A stretch of 64,000 nt of DNA, taken from Candidatus Heimdallarchaeum endolithica. Lineage in GTDB: Archaea > Asgardarchaeota > Heimdallarchaeia > Heimdallarchaeales > Heimdallarchaeaceae. The notes beneath the pieces are model-generated. The model was given only the letters and a program-made list of their open reading frames with translations, did no database searches and was not told the DNA's origin. The stretch lies in the NCBI GenBank assembly GCA_021513715.1, contig CP084167.1, positions 1,632,001-1,696,000 of the forward strand, in the 5' to 3' direction. Positions 31,424-41,597 of this stretch are shown here, in pieces. The position numbers and the translations under genes are program-made. Every line of letters starts with the position of its first letter. Positions within the stretch are counted from its first letter, which is position 1.

Positions 31424-32785
31424 ATGAAAGTCGTAGTTATTGGTCATGGTTCGACTGGTTGGACAGCTGCAACCACACTTCGTGCCTGGGATAGGAAATG
31501 TGAAATCACTGTTATTGACATGAAAAATTATGATGTTTATCATCCTTGTGCAATGCCTTATGTTATTGGAGGACTTTTTGAAGACGAAACTGCAATCATT
31601 GAAAAACTAAATTATGAAAGAATGAAAATAAACTTTTTACGGAAACACAAAGCAACAAAGATTGATAGGGAAAATAGAATAGTTAAAGCCATAAGTCTAG
31701 AAACTAACGAAGAAGTTGATTTAGAATATGACTACGTTATCATTGCTACAGGTTCAAAAGCTAAATTACCGCCAATTGAAGGAATAAGAGAAGGTAAAAA
31801 TGTCTATGCATTAAAATGGATAGAAGATTCAGAAAAAATACGAAAAGCAGCAGAAAACGCCAAAAATGTGGTTGTTATCGGAGCTTCAGCAATTGGTTTA
31901 GAAGTAGCTACTGAACTTGCACATCGTGGGATTGATACTAAAGTATTAGTACGTTCTCGTATTATGAGACTACTTGTTGACCCTGATTACGGTGAAATAA
32001 TTGTAAAATTACTAGAAGAAAGACTACCAAAACTTAAATTTCTATTAGGAATTAACGCTCAAAAACTTGTTTTAAATGACGAGGGATACGTAACAAAAGT
32101 AATTACTACAGAAGGAGAAGAGTTAGAAACGGATCTGGTTATTGCTGCAGCTGGTGTAGCACCAGAGGTCACATTGGCAAAAGAAGCAGGATTAGAAATT
32201 GGTGAAACAGGAGCTATTGTAACAGATGAAGAATTAAGAACATCAGATAAAAACATTTTAGCTATAGGAGATTGTGCAGAAACTCTCCATCTAGTTTCGA
32301 AGAAACCAGTTAATTCTGCACTAGCTACATGTGGAGTAAGAATGTCAAGAGTCGCTGCAATGACTATTGCAAAACCAGGAACACTAAAATTCCCAGGAAC
32401 TCTTAACAACTTTATAGTACCGTATATTGACATCAGAGTAGGGTCAGTAGGCTTAACTGAAACAGCTGCCAAAGAACTAGGATTTGAAACTGCCTCTGCT
32501 AAAATAAAAACATTTGATAAACCTCATTATATGCCTGATAAAACAGATTTTTACTTCAAGTTGATTGTAGACAAACAAACAGATAAAATTCTAGGTGCAC
32601 AAGCAATAGGTTCAGATTACACTATAACTAACCTCAATATTGTAGCCTTAGCTTTACAAAAAGAAATGACTTTTCAAGAACTATTAGAAGCAGACCTAAG
32701 TTATGCCCCAGCAGTCAATGAAACAATTTATCCTGTCACTCAAGCTTTAGAATTTATTGCAAGAAAAGTGTTAAGAAAAAGATAG
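31424..32785 (+). CDS. NADH oxidase / CoA-disulfide reductase family flavoprotein
   Basis: VIGHGSTG FAD motif, single redox Cys in HPCAMPY, IGASAIG, AIGDC, C-terminal DLSYAP; ATG 31424 follows a TATA-like TATTTAA. Confidence 0.85.
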   Translation: MKVVVIGHGSTGWTAATTLRAWDRKCEITVIDMKNYDVYHPCAMPYVIGGLFEDETAIIEKLNYERMKINFLRKHKATKIDRENRIVKAISLETNEEVDLEYDYVIIATGSKAKLPPIEGIREGKNVYALKWIEDSEKIRKAAENAKNVVVIGASAIGLEVATELAHRGIDTKVLVRSRIMRLLVDPDYGEIIVKLLEERLPKLKFLLGINAQKLVLNDEGYVTKVITTEGEELETDLVIAAAGVAPEVTLAKEAGLEIGETGAIVTDEELRTSDKNILAIGDCAETLHLVSKKPVNSALATCGVRMSRVAAMTIAKPGTLKFPGTLNNFIVPYIDIRVGSVGLTETAAKELGFETASAKIKTFDKPHYMPDKTDFYFKLIVDKQTDKILGAQAIGSDYTITNLNIVALALQKEMTFQELLEADLSYAPAVNETIYPVTQALEFIARKVLRKR

Positions 32786-32904
32786 AATTTTTTTACAATT
32801 ATCTTTTGTTAAAACAGATTATTTCTTTTTTTCAAATTATTGATATACTTTATAGATTCTGAAAAACATTTATATCTATAAAAAAAATCAATTAACTGAT
32901 TACA

Positions 32905-34065
32905 ATGACAGAATTAAAAAAAACCCCCATGTGGAAAATCCATGAAGAAGCAGGAGCTCGCATGATTGATTTTTCAGGTTATTACCTTCCTGTTTCGTAT
33001 ACTGGAATAGATAAAGAAATTATGGCTACAAGAGAAAATGTCTCAATTGTAGAAGTCTCTGATATGGGCCGTTACGAGATTAAAGGAAAATATGCTTACA
33101 AGATTATGGAAATGGTTACTCCAAGAGACATTCAAGGAATGTCTGACATGAAATGTGGATATACCTATTACCTTAATGAAAGAGGAGGATACAGAGACGA
33201 TACCATAATTGGAAAATTAAATAATGAACACTTCTTCAACGTATGTAATGCTGGGTCACAGACTAAGAAAGTCTTAGCATGGGTAAAAAATTTTGTTAAA
33301 ATTGTTGAAGATCTTACAGGAGAACCACATGAATTCATTGATTGGACAGAAAAAACAACAATGTTTGCTGTTCAAGGGCCAAATTATAAAGTTATTTTAG
33401 ATAACTTAGGTGTTCCAGACACTGGACGATGGAAAATAATAGAAGCAGAAGTCGAAGGAGCTAAATGCTTATTCACTGGAACAGGGTATACTGGAGAGAT
33501 GGGCTTCGAAGTAACGATATTCGATTCAACAGTTGAAAATCCAGAAAAAGGAATCAAAGTTTGGAATGCAATACTAAAAGCTGGAGAAGAAGTAGGAATT
33601 GCTTTATGTGGGCTTGGAGCAAGAGATGCTCTACGTATTGAAGCAGGTTTACCATTATATGGCGAGGATATACACGAGGATGTTAATCCTATTGAAGCAG
33701 GATATGACTTCCCAGTATTTATGAAAGTAGATAAGGAACCATGGTTCTTTGGAAAGGAAGCTATCCTAAAAGCTATGGAAGAAGGAGTTAAAATTAAGCA
33801 TGTAGGAATCATCCTGTTAGAAAAAGGTATTCCTAGAGCTGGATATGATATTCTTAATCAAGATGGAGAGAAAATAGGTTATATGTGCAATGGAGTTAGA
33901 TCACCTGTCTTAAATGCAGGAATAGGAATGGGATATGTTGACATAGAATATTCAAAACCAGATACAGAAGTCTTTGTGCAAATAAGAAAGAAGCAAGTTC
34001 CAGCAAAAGTTGTAAAATTGCCTTTTTACGACACTTCAAAATGGGGATGGAAGAGAAATAAATAG
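32905..34065 (+). CDS. gcvT: Glycine cleavage T protein
   Basis: LKKTP, VSDMG, AVQGP, TGYTGE.GFE, GLGARD.LRIEAG. Confidence 0.95.
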   Translation: MTELKKTPMWKIHEEAGARMIDFSGYYLPVSYTGIDKEIMATRENVSIVEVSDMGRYEIKGKYAYKIMEMVTPRDIQGMSDMKCGYTYYLNERGGYRDDTIIGKLNNEHFFNVCNAGSQTKKVLAWVKNFVKIVEDLTGEPHEFIDWTEKTTMFAVQGPNYKVILDNLGVPDTGRWKIIEAEVEGAKCLFTGTGYTGEMGFEVTIFDSTVENPEKGIKVWNAILKAGEEVGIALCGLGARDALRIEAGLPLYGEDIHEDVNPIEAGYDFPVFMKVDKEPWFFGKEAILKAMEEGVKIKHVGIILLEKGIPRAGYDILNQDGEKIGYMCNGVRSPVLNAGIGMGYVDIEYSKPDTEVFVQIRKKQVPAKVVKLPFYDTSKWGWKRNK

Positions 34066-34179
34066 ATGACTTTTCTTTTTTCTAATTATCTTTTTTTTAA
34101 ACTTTTGTAGTCTCTGAACAAAATTTATAAACTTAGATTCACTTTTCTTAACAATTAACATAATTTTGAGGAAATAGAA

Positions 34180-34602
34180 ATGACAGAAGAAATTGTGATA
34201 AAGGACAAATATGTTATAAAAAAAGAGCCATTCAAATACACAAAAACCCATGAATGGGTACTTAAACAAGAAGATGGAACTTGGCTCTATGGAATCACAG
34301 GATATGCTGCCACAGAGCTTGGAGAGCTCGCTTTTGTAGAGTTTCCAGAAGTAGGAGACACTTTTGAAGCTGAAGAATCAATGGGTGTTATTGAAGCTTT
34401 AAAAACAGTATCAGATTATTATGCACCTTTTGATTGCGAAGTTGTAGAAATACATGAAGAACTTGAAGACGATGCAAATATCATCCATGAGGATTGTTAT
34501 GGTGAAGGCTGGATACTAAAAGTCAAACCAACAAATGGTACTGACACACTTATTACAGCTGAGGAATACGCTGAAATTGTTAAAAAGGAAATTGAGCATT
34601 AA
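34180..34602 (+). CDS. gcvH: Glycine cleavage H protein
   Basis: YTKTHEW, GIT.YA...LG, lipoyl-Lys EALKTVSD, YGEGWI. Confidence 0.95.
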   Translation: MTEEIVIKDKYVIKKEPFKYTKTHEWVLKQEDGTWLYGITGYAATELGELAFVEFPEVGDTFEAEESMGVIEALKTVSDYYAPFDCEVVEIHEELEDDANIIHEDCYGEGWILKVKPTNGTDTLITAEEYAEIVKKEIEH

Positions 34603-34604
34603 AG

Positions 34605-36002
34605 GTGGGGGTGTTCTTGTCTAATTTTTCTCACCCTTATATTGCCAATTCAGAGCAAGATAAAAAAGAAATGCTCGCTGAACTTGGTTTTAACAGCATT
34701 GATGAACTTTACTCAGATATTCCTGAAAACATTAGGTTCAAAGGCGAATTAAAAGTCCCTCATTTCCAGAGTGAATTTGAAGTAAAAGAACATATAGAGA
34801 AACTTTTGTCAAAAAACATCTCAACACGAGAATACAGATCATTTTTAGGGGGAGGGGTACTAGATGTTTACATTCCAGCAGCTCAAGATGAACTACTGAG
34901 AAGAACAGAGTTTTATAGCGCCTACACCCCTTATCAACCAGAAACAAGTCAAGGAACATTACATACATTATTTGAGTATCAAAGTATGATTTGTGAATTG
35001 CTAGCAATGGATACTGCCAACTGCACTATGTATGACTGGGCTACGGGTCTAGGTGAAGCTGCTTTAATGACTGCAAGAATAAAGAAGAAAGGTAACAAAT
35101 TTTTGTATACAGCTGCTACTGCACCAAATAGGAAAGAAGTGTTAAAAAATTACGTTTCTGGAGCTAAACTTGAACTAATTGAAATACCTTATGACAAAGA
35201 AACTGGAAAAATGGATAAAGAAAAAGCCATAGAACTTATGAGCGAAGGAGTAGTAGGAATATACTTTGAAAATCCCAACTACTTTGGAGTAGTTGAGGAT
35301 GAAATTGAAGAAGTAATAAAAGTTGCAAAAGAACGAAAAATTGTTGTTGTTGCAGGTGTCGACACAAGTTCTCTTGGCATAATTGAAGCTCCAGGCAATT
35401 ATGGAGTCGACATAGCTATCGGAGACGCTCAACCCATTGGAGCTGGCCCATTAAATTTCGGTGGACCTTTAGCTGGAGTTTTTGCAATGAAATTTGATAA
35501 GAAATGGACAAGACAAATGCCCGGAAGAATAGTAGGAATTACACTTACTCCAAAGAAAGGTAAATGGGCATTTACTAACACACTTCAAACAAGAGAACAA
35601 CACATCAAGAGATTTAGAGCAACAAGTAATATTTGTACAAACGAAGCTCTAATGGCAATGAGTACAGCTTTTCATTTAGCATTACTAGGTCCTCAAGGTA
35701 TAAAAGAAACTGGAGAGTCAATGTATTATAATGCGCATTACCTAAAAGAAGAACTTGAAAAAATAGGTGTAAAAACAGTCTTTAATTCAGAATTCTTCAA
35801 CACGTTCTTAATAGATCTTAAGATACCTAAAGACAAAAAAGAGGAATTTACTAAATTTATGTTAGAGCGAAAGATATTTGCAGGGATACCATTTTCTTTC
35901 GATGGAGAGAACTATGACTATTTAATTACTACGTCCTATTTGCTAAAGAAGAAAGACCTTGACGATTACGTTAAGGCAATAGTGGAATGGAGGAATGAAT
36001 AA
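34605..36002 (+). CDS. gcvPA: Glycine dehydrogenase subunit 1
   Basis: YTPYQPE.SQG, REQHI.R.RATSNICTN. Confidence 0.95.
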   Translation: MGVFLSNFSHPYIANSEQDKKEMLAELGFNSIDELYSDIPENIRFKGELKVPHFQSEFEVKEHIEKLLSKNISTREYRSFLGGGVLDVYIPAAQDELLRRTEFYSAYTPYQPETSQGTLHTLFEYQSMICELLAMDTANCTMYDWATGLGEAALMTARIKKKGNKFLYTAATAPNRKEVLKNYVSGAKLELIEIPYDKETGKMDKEKAIELMSEGVVGIYFENPNYFGVVEDEIEEVIKVAKERKIVVVAGVDTSSLGIIEAPGNYGVDIAIGDAQPIGAGPLNFGGPLAGVFAMKFDKKWTRQMPGRIVGITLTPKKGKWAFTNTLQTREQHIKRFRATSNICTNEALMAMSTAFHLALLGPQGIKETGESMYYNAHYLKEELEKIGVKTVFNSEFFNTFLIDLKIPKDKKEEFTKFMLERKIFAGIPFSFDGENYDYLITTSYLLKKKDLDDYVKAIVEWRNE

Positions 36003-37542
36003 AATGACTTACAAGCAAGCAACATATGATGAACCTTTAATTTTCGAATTAGGAAAACCAGGAAGAAGGGGACATCTTCCACCAAAAACAGATGTACCAC
36101 CTAGAGAAATTACTATACCCTCAAATATGAAAAGAAAAGAACTCCCACAATTGCCAGAGATGCATGAAGGAGAGGTTGTACGGCACTATCTACATCTTTC
36201 GCAAATGAATTATTGTGTAGACACTGGAATCTATCCTCTTGGTTCTTGTACAATGAAATATAATCCTAAAATCAACGAAGCATTGGCTAGAAATGAAAAG
36301 ATGTGCTATATTCACCCATATCAACCTGAGGAAACAGTACAAGGCATTTTAGAACTTATTTACAACCTTCAAAAAATCTTATCAGAACTAGCAGGTTTGC
36401 CTTATTGTACACTTCAGCCTGCAGCAGGAGCAGCAGGAGAATACCTGGGGTTAAATCTTATTCGAGCATACCATCATGATCGAGGAGACTATGACAGAAT
36501 AGACATTATTACTCCAGACTCTAGCCACGGAACAAACCCAGCAAGTACAGTAATGAATGGGTTCAATATTATTGAAATTGAATCAAATAAGGATGGACAA
36601 GTAGATCTAGAAGCACTAAAAGCAGTTGTATCTGAGAAAACAGCAGGTTTCATGATTACAAACCCGAATACTCTTGGAATATTTGAATCACAAATTGAAG
36701 AAATAGCTAAAATTATTCATGAAGCTGGTGGTCTACTCTATTACGATGGAGCAAACTTTAATGCAATAGTAGGAATGATTCGTCCTGGAGAAATGGGTTT
36801 TGATGTCCTTCATTTCAACTTACATAAAACCTTCTCAACTCCACACGGTGGAGGAGGGCCAGGTGCTGGAGCTGTTTGCTGCTCAGAAAGATTATCATCT
36901 TATTTGCCAGTACCTGTTGTAGAATTTGATGCAGAGAACAACCGTCATTTCTTAAATTATGACATTCCTAAAACAGTAGGTAAAACCCATGGTTATTATG
37001 GTAATATTGCTATAGCTCTCAGGGGATATGCCTACATTTGTGCTCTTGGTGCAGAAGGATTAATTGAAACGTCTAAACAAGCTGTTCTTAATGCAAACTA
37101 TGTTATGAGAAAACTGGAAGAAATTGATGGACTAGTCTTGAAATTCAACAGAGAACTACCTAGAAAACACGAATGTGTACTTGATGCAACACCATTAAAA
37201 CATGAAATTGGTGTTGGAGCTATGGATATTGCTAAAATGCTAATTAGTAGAGGATATCATGCACCAACAGTTTTATTCCCATTAATTGTACATGAAGCTT
37301 TAATGATAGAGCCAACAGAAAATGAGAACAAGGAAAGCTTGGACAGATATATAGAAGTATTTAAAGAAGAAATCGCAAAAGCGAGAGAGGATCCACAATA
37401 TGCTCATGATGCTCCATATAATACTGCTGTTGGAAGAGTAGACGATGCTTGGGCAACAAGAAACCTAATTTTATCATGGAAAATGATTAAAGAATTAGAA
37501 AAGAAAGGTCAATGGCCTCCAAAATGGCCTGAAGATCACTAA
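35995..37542 (+). CDS. gcvPB: Glycine dehydrogenase subunit 2
   Basis: YPLGSCTMKYNP, HGTNPAS, NLHKTFSTPHGGGGPG. Confidence 0.95.
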   Translation: MNKMTYKQATYDEPLIFELGKPGRRGHLPPKTDVPPREITIPSNMKRKELPQLPEMHEGEVVRHYLHLSQMNYCVDTGIYPLGSCTMKYNPKINEALARNEKMCYIHPYQPEETVQGILELIYNLQKILSELAGLPYCTLQPAAGAAGEYLGLNLIRAYHHDRGDYDRIDIITPDSSHGTNPASTVMNGFNIIEIESNKDGQVDLEALKAVVSEKTAGFMITNPNTLGIFESQIEEIAKIIHEAGGLLYYDGANFNAIVGMIRPGEMGFDVLHFNLHKTFSTPHGGGGPGAGAVCCSERLSSYLPVPVVEFDAENNRHFLNYDIPKTVGKTHGYYGNIAIALRGYAYICALGAEGLIETSKQAVLNANYVMRKLEEIDGLVLKFNRELPRKHECVLDATPLKHEIGVGAMDIAKMLISRGYHAPTVLFPLIVHEALMIEPTENENKESLDRYIEVFKEEIAKAREDPQYAHDAPYNTAVGRVDDAWATRNLILSWKMIKELEKKGQWPPKWPEDH

Positions 37543-37725
37543 ATACTTTCTCCTTATTTTTTATTTTCTTTAATTTTATATTTGCTTTAATTAAGCTTGT
37601 ATCCTATTTAATTTTCAACTGTCGAAAAAAGTCTATAGCGTACTCTGACAAAATTAATAACAGTAAATAAAAATGGGGTATGAGAGTAAAAAAATAATAT
37701 GAAAAAAAACAAAAAATAAAGAATG

Positions 37726-38730
37726 TTAATTATCATAGAATTGTAAATAGAAATAACTGCTAGTATCACCATCTTCAAGAACTGGAGTAGAAACAGATTT
37801 TACATAAGGTTTAATGTTGTCAAAAATCGTTTCTAATGCAAGATCAAAATTTTTCCAAGAGAATGAGGACTTATCCCAAAATTCTTCCATGAAGTATCCT
37901 GTTAATGCTCCATGTTTATTATTTTCATCAGGCATGTTAGAAAAAAAAATTGGCCTAGTAGTTGAATTACTTTCACAAGCTGCAAACATTAGTACGTTTT
38001 TTGAGGCTTTAATAGACATGATTTCATTCATTTCATCAGCATGGCAAGTGTCCATAAAAAGAAACAATTTCGAATCATAGGTAGTAGCAGAATCGGCACA
38101 AGCAAATTTCTCAAAAAGCTTTTTTAAGTTAAAATCATACAAATCAGTTCTATCGTAGGCTGTTACAAAGTGTCTAGTTTGTGTTACTTCGAAACCGTGA
38201 CCTGAATAAATAAAGAAGATTAAATCATTTGGATCAGAATTTTCGACAACTTCAGCAGTGATATCATAGATATTTTGTAATGTAGCTTTGTGATAATCAA
38301 ATTTAAAAGAAGTACTCTCAGGTGCATCAAATAAAGATTCTTGATTAACAGAGTCTTTTTGGCCTAATAGATGTATATTAAATTGAAAAGACTTATAATT
38401 CTTTTTTAAATGATTAAAAAATGCTGAAGCCCACATACACCAGAGAACAGCGTCTTCCCACGCACCAATACATTCTACTCCATTTTGATCTTCTCCCATA
38501 CCGATAATAATGAACTCTGCGTCTATCTTATGATCTGTTGCATCAGGATAACTAATATAGGGAATAGTTACTCCATTTGTACCTCCACCATCTCCTGAAC
38601 CAGGGTCAAGTTCAAATCCTTTAATTAAGTTGTTACTATTTGTTATGGTTATATTTAAACAAGAACCTAATATGGTCGTTAAAACAAACATTGAAATAAT
38701 AAGTCTTTTATGAATACTATTTGTTTTCAT
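37726..38730 (-). CDS. Caspase-family (peptidase C14, clan CD) protein with N-terminal signal peptide
   Basis: FFIYSGHG and LFMDTCHA catalytic His/Cys motifs; HGALT; hydrophobic N-terminus. Confidence 0.8.
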   Translation of the reverse strand: MKTNSIHKRLIISMFVLTTILGSCLNITITNSNNLIKGFELDPGSGDGGGTNGVTIPYISYPDATDHKIDAEFIIIGMGEDQNGVECIGAWEDAVLWCMWASAFFNHLKKNYKSFQFNIHLLGQKDSVNQESLFDAPESTSFKFDYHKATLQNIYDITAEVVENSDPNDLIFFIYSGHGFEVTQTRHFVTAYDRTDLYDFNLKKLFEKFACADSATTYDSKLFLFMDTCHADEMNEIMSIKASKNVLMFAACESNSTTRPIFFSNMPDENNKHGALTGYFMEEFWDKSSFSWKNFDLALETIFDNIKPYVKSVSTPVLEDGDTSSYFYLQFYDN

Positions 38731-38751
38731 AGCGAGAATAAGAATATTATT

Positions 38752-38766
38752 TATATATATATATAT
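38752..38766. promoter_or_regulatory. (TA)7T tract, probable shared TATA box of two divergent genes
   Basis: Lies in a 67-bp gap, ~22 nt from ATG 38730 (-) and ~32 nt from ATG 38798 (+). Confidence 0.55.
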
Positions 38767-38797
38767 CTATTTGATTGATGTAAACATTTATTAGTGT

Positions 38798-41251
38798 ATG
38801 AAAGTTTTCAATGATGGGTTAATGATGACTTTTAAAAGAAAAATAGTTTCTTTAACAATATTATTTTTTGTGTTATTATCTTTTATTTCAATTAAAAATG
38901 TTATAGTTACACATGGTTCCTCCTTTTATGAAACAAATAAAGCTAAACAGGATACTTCTCATAACATTACTAGTAAAACATTTTTCAACAATAGTAATTA
39001 TAAGGTTTTATGGAAATTAATTTACCCAACTCCACAATATGGGGATATTACATTTGTTGATATAAATAATGATAATAAGTTAGATGTTTTAATAGGTCCT
39101 CTTCATCCAGGTTTATTTGCGATCAATGGAATAAATGGTTCTATTTTATGGACTAAAAATTTTACATCATTGGATTTTTGGTTTCCTTATGTTTGGTGTT
39201 ATGGTGCTAACCTTTTTGATTTAGACAATGATAAGGAACTTGAAATTATTTTAAGCGTGGGTTTAAATAGAACAGTATATGCTTTTGAGAAAGACTCTAC
39301 AAATATATGGTCTTATAGTCCTCCAAGAGATAATATTGGTAATGCTGTACTTGGAGATACAAATAATGACTTAGAGCAAGAGGTTTTAGTTTCTTATTCT
39401 TCTTTGAAAAACGATAAACAGAGCAACCCAGGAGGAATTGTTAGCCTTTCTCCTAAAAATGGGAAAGAATTATGGAAATATGAAGATTATCGAATCAGAG
39501 CTTCAACTATAGTAGTTACTGATTTGAATGATGATGGTTGTGATGATGTTATAGTTAAAACCTATTTAAATAGTCTATTAGCGGTCGATGGAAAAACCCA
39601 TACTCTACTTTGGGAATATAGTTTTGTGAAAAAAGATTCTAAGAATAATGCTCTCAGTAATCCAGTAATTGCTGATGTAGATGGGAATGGAAAACTAGAA
39701 ATTTTTGCAGGAGCTAATGACGATTTCTTCTATGCTATAGATGCTGAGACAGGAAAAAAGATTTGGGAGTATATGACGGGAGGTAATATAGGTAATCGTC
39801 CAGCTTTAGGAGATTTAAATTGTGATGGTGTTTTAGATGTAATATTTACAAGTGAAGATGGAAAATTATATGTGCTTGATGGTTTAAAAGGAAAACTTAT
39901 TTGGTCTTTTAAATTCGGAAAATCTCTTAATTCTCCAGACTGTGATTGCTTTTACATTACCTATTCAACGCCTCTAATAGGCGATCTCAATAATGACAAT
40001 GGACTTGATGTACTAATTGGTGGGTGCGAATCTTACTATGCTTTAAATGGTAAAACAGGTGAAGTGTTATGGAAATTTGAAAATCCTTCACTAATAGAGA
40101 GAGACGAAGCAGTTGATGTTGTAGATACAGGAGCCATTGTTGATTTAGATAATGATGGAGAAAATGAAGTTATTCTTGTTTGGTCAGGACTAGGTGTATA
40201 TGCCTACGATTTTCATGAAGGTGTCTCTGGGAAAAGAATTTATTGGGGTACCGCTCGGGGTAATTCCTTACAACGAGGAAGCTCTTTAGCAGTAGACCAA
40301 GATAGTGATTGCTTATCCGATTATAGTGAGCATTTCTATGAGACTGATGCTGCTGAAAAAGATACAGATCATGATTTTCTTCCTGATGGTTACGAAATTT
40401 CTTGCCTTTATACTTCTCCTACAAGTATCGACAGTGATAATAACGGAATTAATGATGGAGATGAAGACTTTGATGGGGATGGGTTAACGAACAAAAAAGA
40501 ATTTCGACGCCATACTAACCCCTTTATTTTTGATTCTGATACGGATGGAATAAAAGATAAGTTTGACTTTTTTCCTTATTTAAATGACTATATCGTTTAT
40601 TCTAAAATCCTTGGAATTACTTCTTTGTTCGGTTTTTTATTGTATAGTTACAAAAACTACAAGAAAAAAGGTAGAGTTTATAAAATAGTAAACTACATTT
40701 ACAGTAAAATATGTAAATTTATTAAAAAAGGTAAAATCTTTTTCCATAAAGCCTCTGACGATGTTTTCTACTTTCTTCTTGTCAACAAAGGGTTAATAAT
40801 AGCTAAATCTATTCTTGCTTTTATTTTATCTAGTATAATAATTGGTCCTTTTTTCATCCCTTCGTGGAAGGAAAGAATGTATCTTAAGAATACAGAAGCA
40901 CATATTACACTTAATGAAACGGGATCAAATATCAATTATGGTTATATTGATAACACTGGAGAATGTGTAGGGAAATATTGGTTTAGAACCAAGGACGGAA
41001 CATTTTATGCAATATATTATTATACAGGAAGTTATCCATATAGAGATTTCTATAATCCAGGAGAAGGATTTACTTATTCATCAGGAGATTTGGGATTGAA
41101 CATAATTGAAGAGATTCCTCCTGAGGATGTAAAAGAAATAAAAGCAGCGCTTAGAAGACCTTGGTTTTTTACTATTAGGATTAATAGCTATAAGTGTAGT
41201 TTTTTGTTTAACATTCTATATAATACAAAGGATCATAAGCAAAAAAACTGA
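38798..41251 (+). CDS. Surface protein: FG-GAP/PQQ-like beta-propeller, Ca-binding DxDxDG repeats, two TM helices
   Basis: Signal peptide; repeated D.N.DG..D and A.DG.TG..LW units; DTDHDFLPD/DFDGDGLTN/DTDGIKD; hydrophobic segments near aa ~600-617 and ~660-690. Confidence 0.85.
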   Translation: MKVFNDGLMMTFKRKIVSLTILFFVLLSFISIKNVIVTHGSSFYETNKAKQDTSHNITSKTFFNNSNYKVLWKLIYPTPQYGDITFVDINNDNKLDVLIGPLHPGLFAINGINGSILWTKNFTSLDFWFPYVWCYGANLFDLDNDKELEIILSVGLNRTVYAFEKDSTNIWSYSPPRDNIGNAVLGDTNNDLEQEVLVSYSSLKNDKQSNPGGIVSLSPKNGKELWKYEDYRIRASTIVVTDLNDDGCDDVIVKTYLNSLLAVDGKTHTLLWEYSFVKKDSKNNALSNPVIADVDGNGKLEIFAGANDDFFYAIDAETGKKIWEYMTGGNIGNRPALGDLNCDGVLDVIFTSEDGKLYVLDGLKGKLIWSFKFGKSLNSPDCDCFYITYSTPLIGDLNNDNGLDVLIGGCESYYALNGKTGEVLWKFENPSLIERDEAVDVVDTGAIVDLDNDGENEVILVWSGLGVYAYDFHEGVSGKRIYWGTARGNSLQRGSSLAVDQDSDCLSDYSEHFYETDAAEKDTDHDFLPDGYEISCLYTSPTSIDSDNNGINDGDEDFDGDGLTNKKEFRRHTNPFIFDSDTDGIKDKFDFFPYLNDYIVYSKILGITSLFGFLLYSYKNYKKKGRVYKIVNYIYSKICKFIKKGKIFFHKASDDVFYFLLVNKGLIIAKSILAFILSSIIIGPFFIPSWKERMYLKNTEAHITLNETGSNINYGYIDNTGECVGKYWFRTKDGTFYAIYYYTGSYPYRDFYNPGEGFTYSSGDLGLNIIEEIPPEDVKEIKAALRRPWFFTIRINSYKCSFLFNILYNTKDHKQKN

Positions 41252-41282
41252 ACGAACGTTTAAAAATACACCTTTTGAAGAA

Positions 41283-41597
41283 ATGATAAGTAATTACCTT
41301 GAGGAAGTAAAGAAAATAAGTTTTAGTAAACAAGAAAGTTTTGCAATGCAAGAATTATGGTTTGACCTAATAGATTACTACTGGGATAAAGGTTTAAATT
41401 ACTATGTTAATATTGAGAAAGAGGAATTACTTGATAAAAAAGGAGCGCAAAAATATTTCATCAAAGATGGTATTCAAGTTAAAGATGTTATTAGATACCT
41501 TGTTCTTTCTGATCTCGAAGCTCAAAAAACTAAATTACCTATCCTTATCAGAACCAAGAGATTAACAAAATCTAAACTGGAAAAAATAACTAGTTGA
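41283..41597 (+). CDS. Hypothetical protein
   Basis: 104-aa ORF directly downstream of and co-oriented with the propeller gene. Confidence 0.55.
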   Translation: MISNYLEEVKKISFSKQESFAMQELWFDLIDYYWDKGLNYYVNIEKEELLDKKGAQKYFIKDGIQVKDVIRYLVLSDLEAQKTKLPILIRTKRLTKSKLEKITS

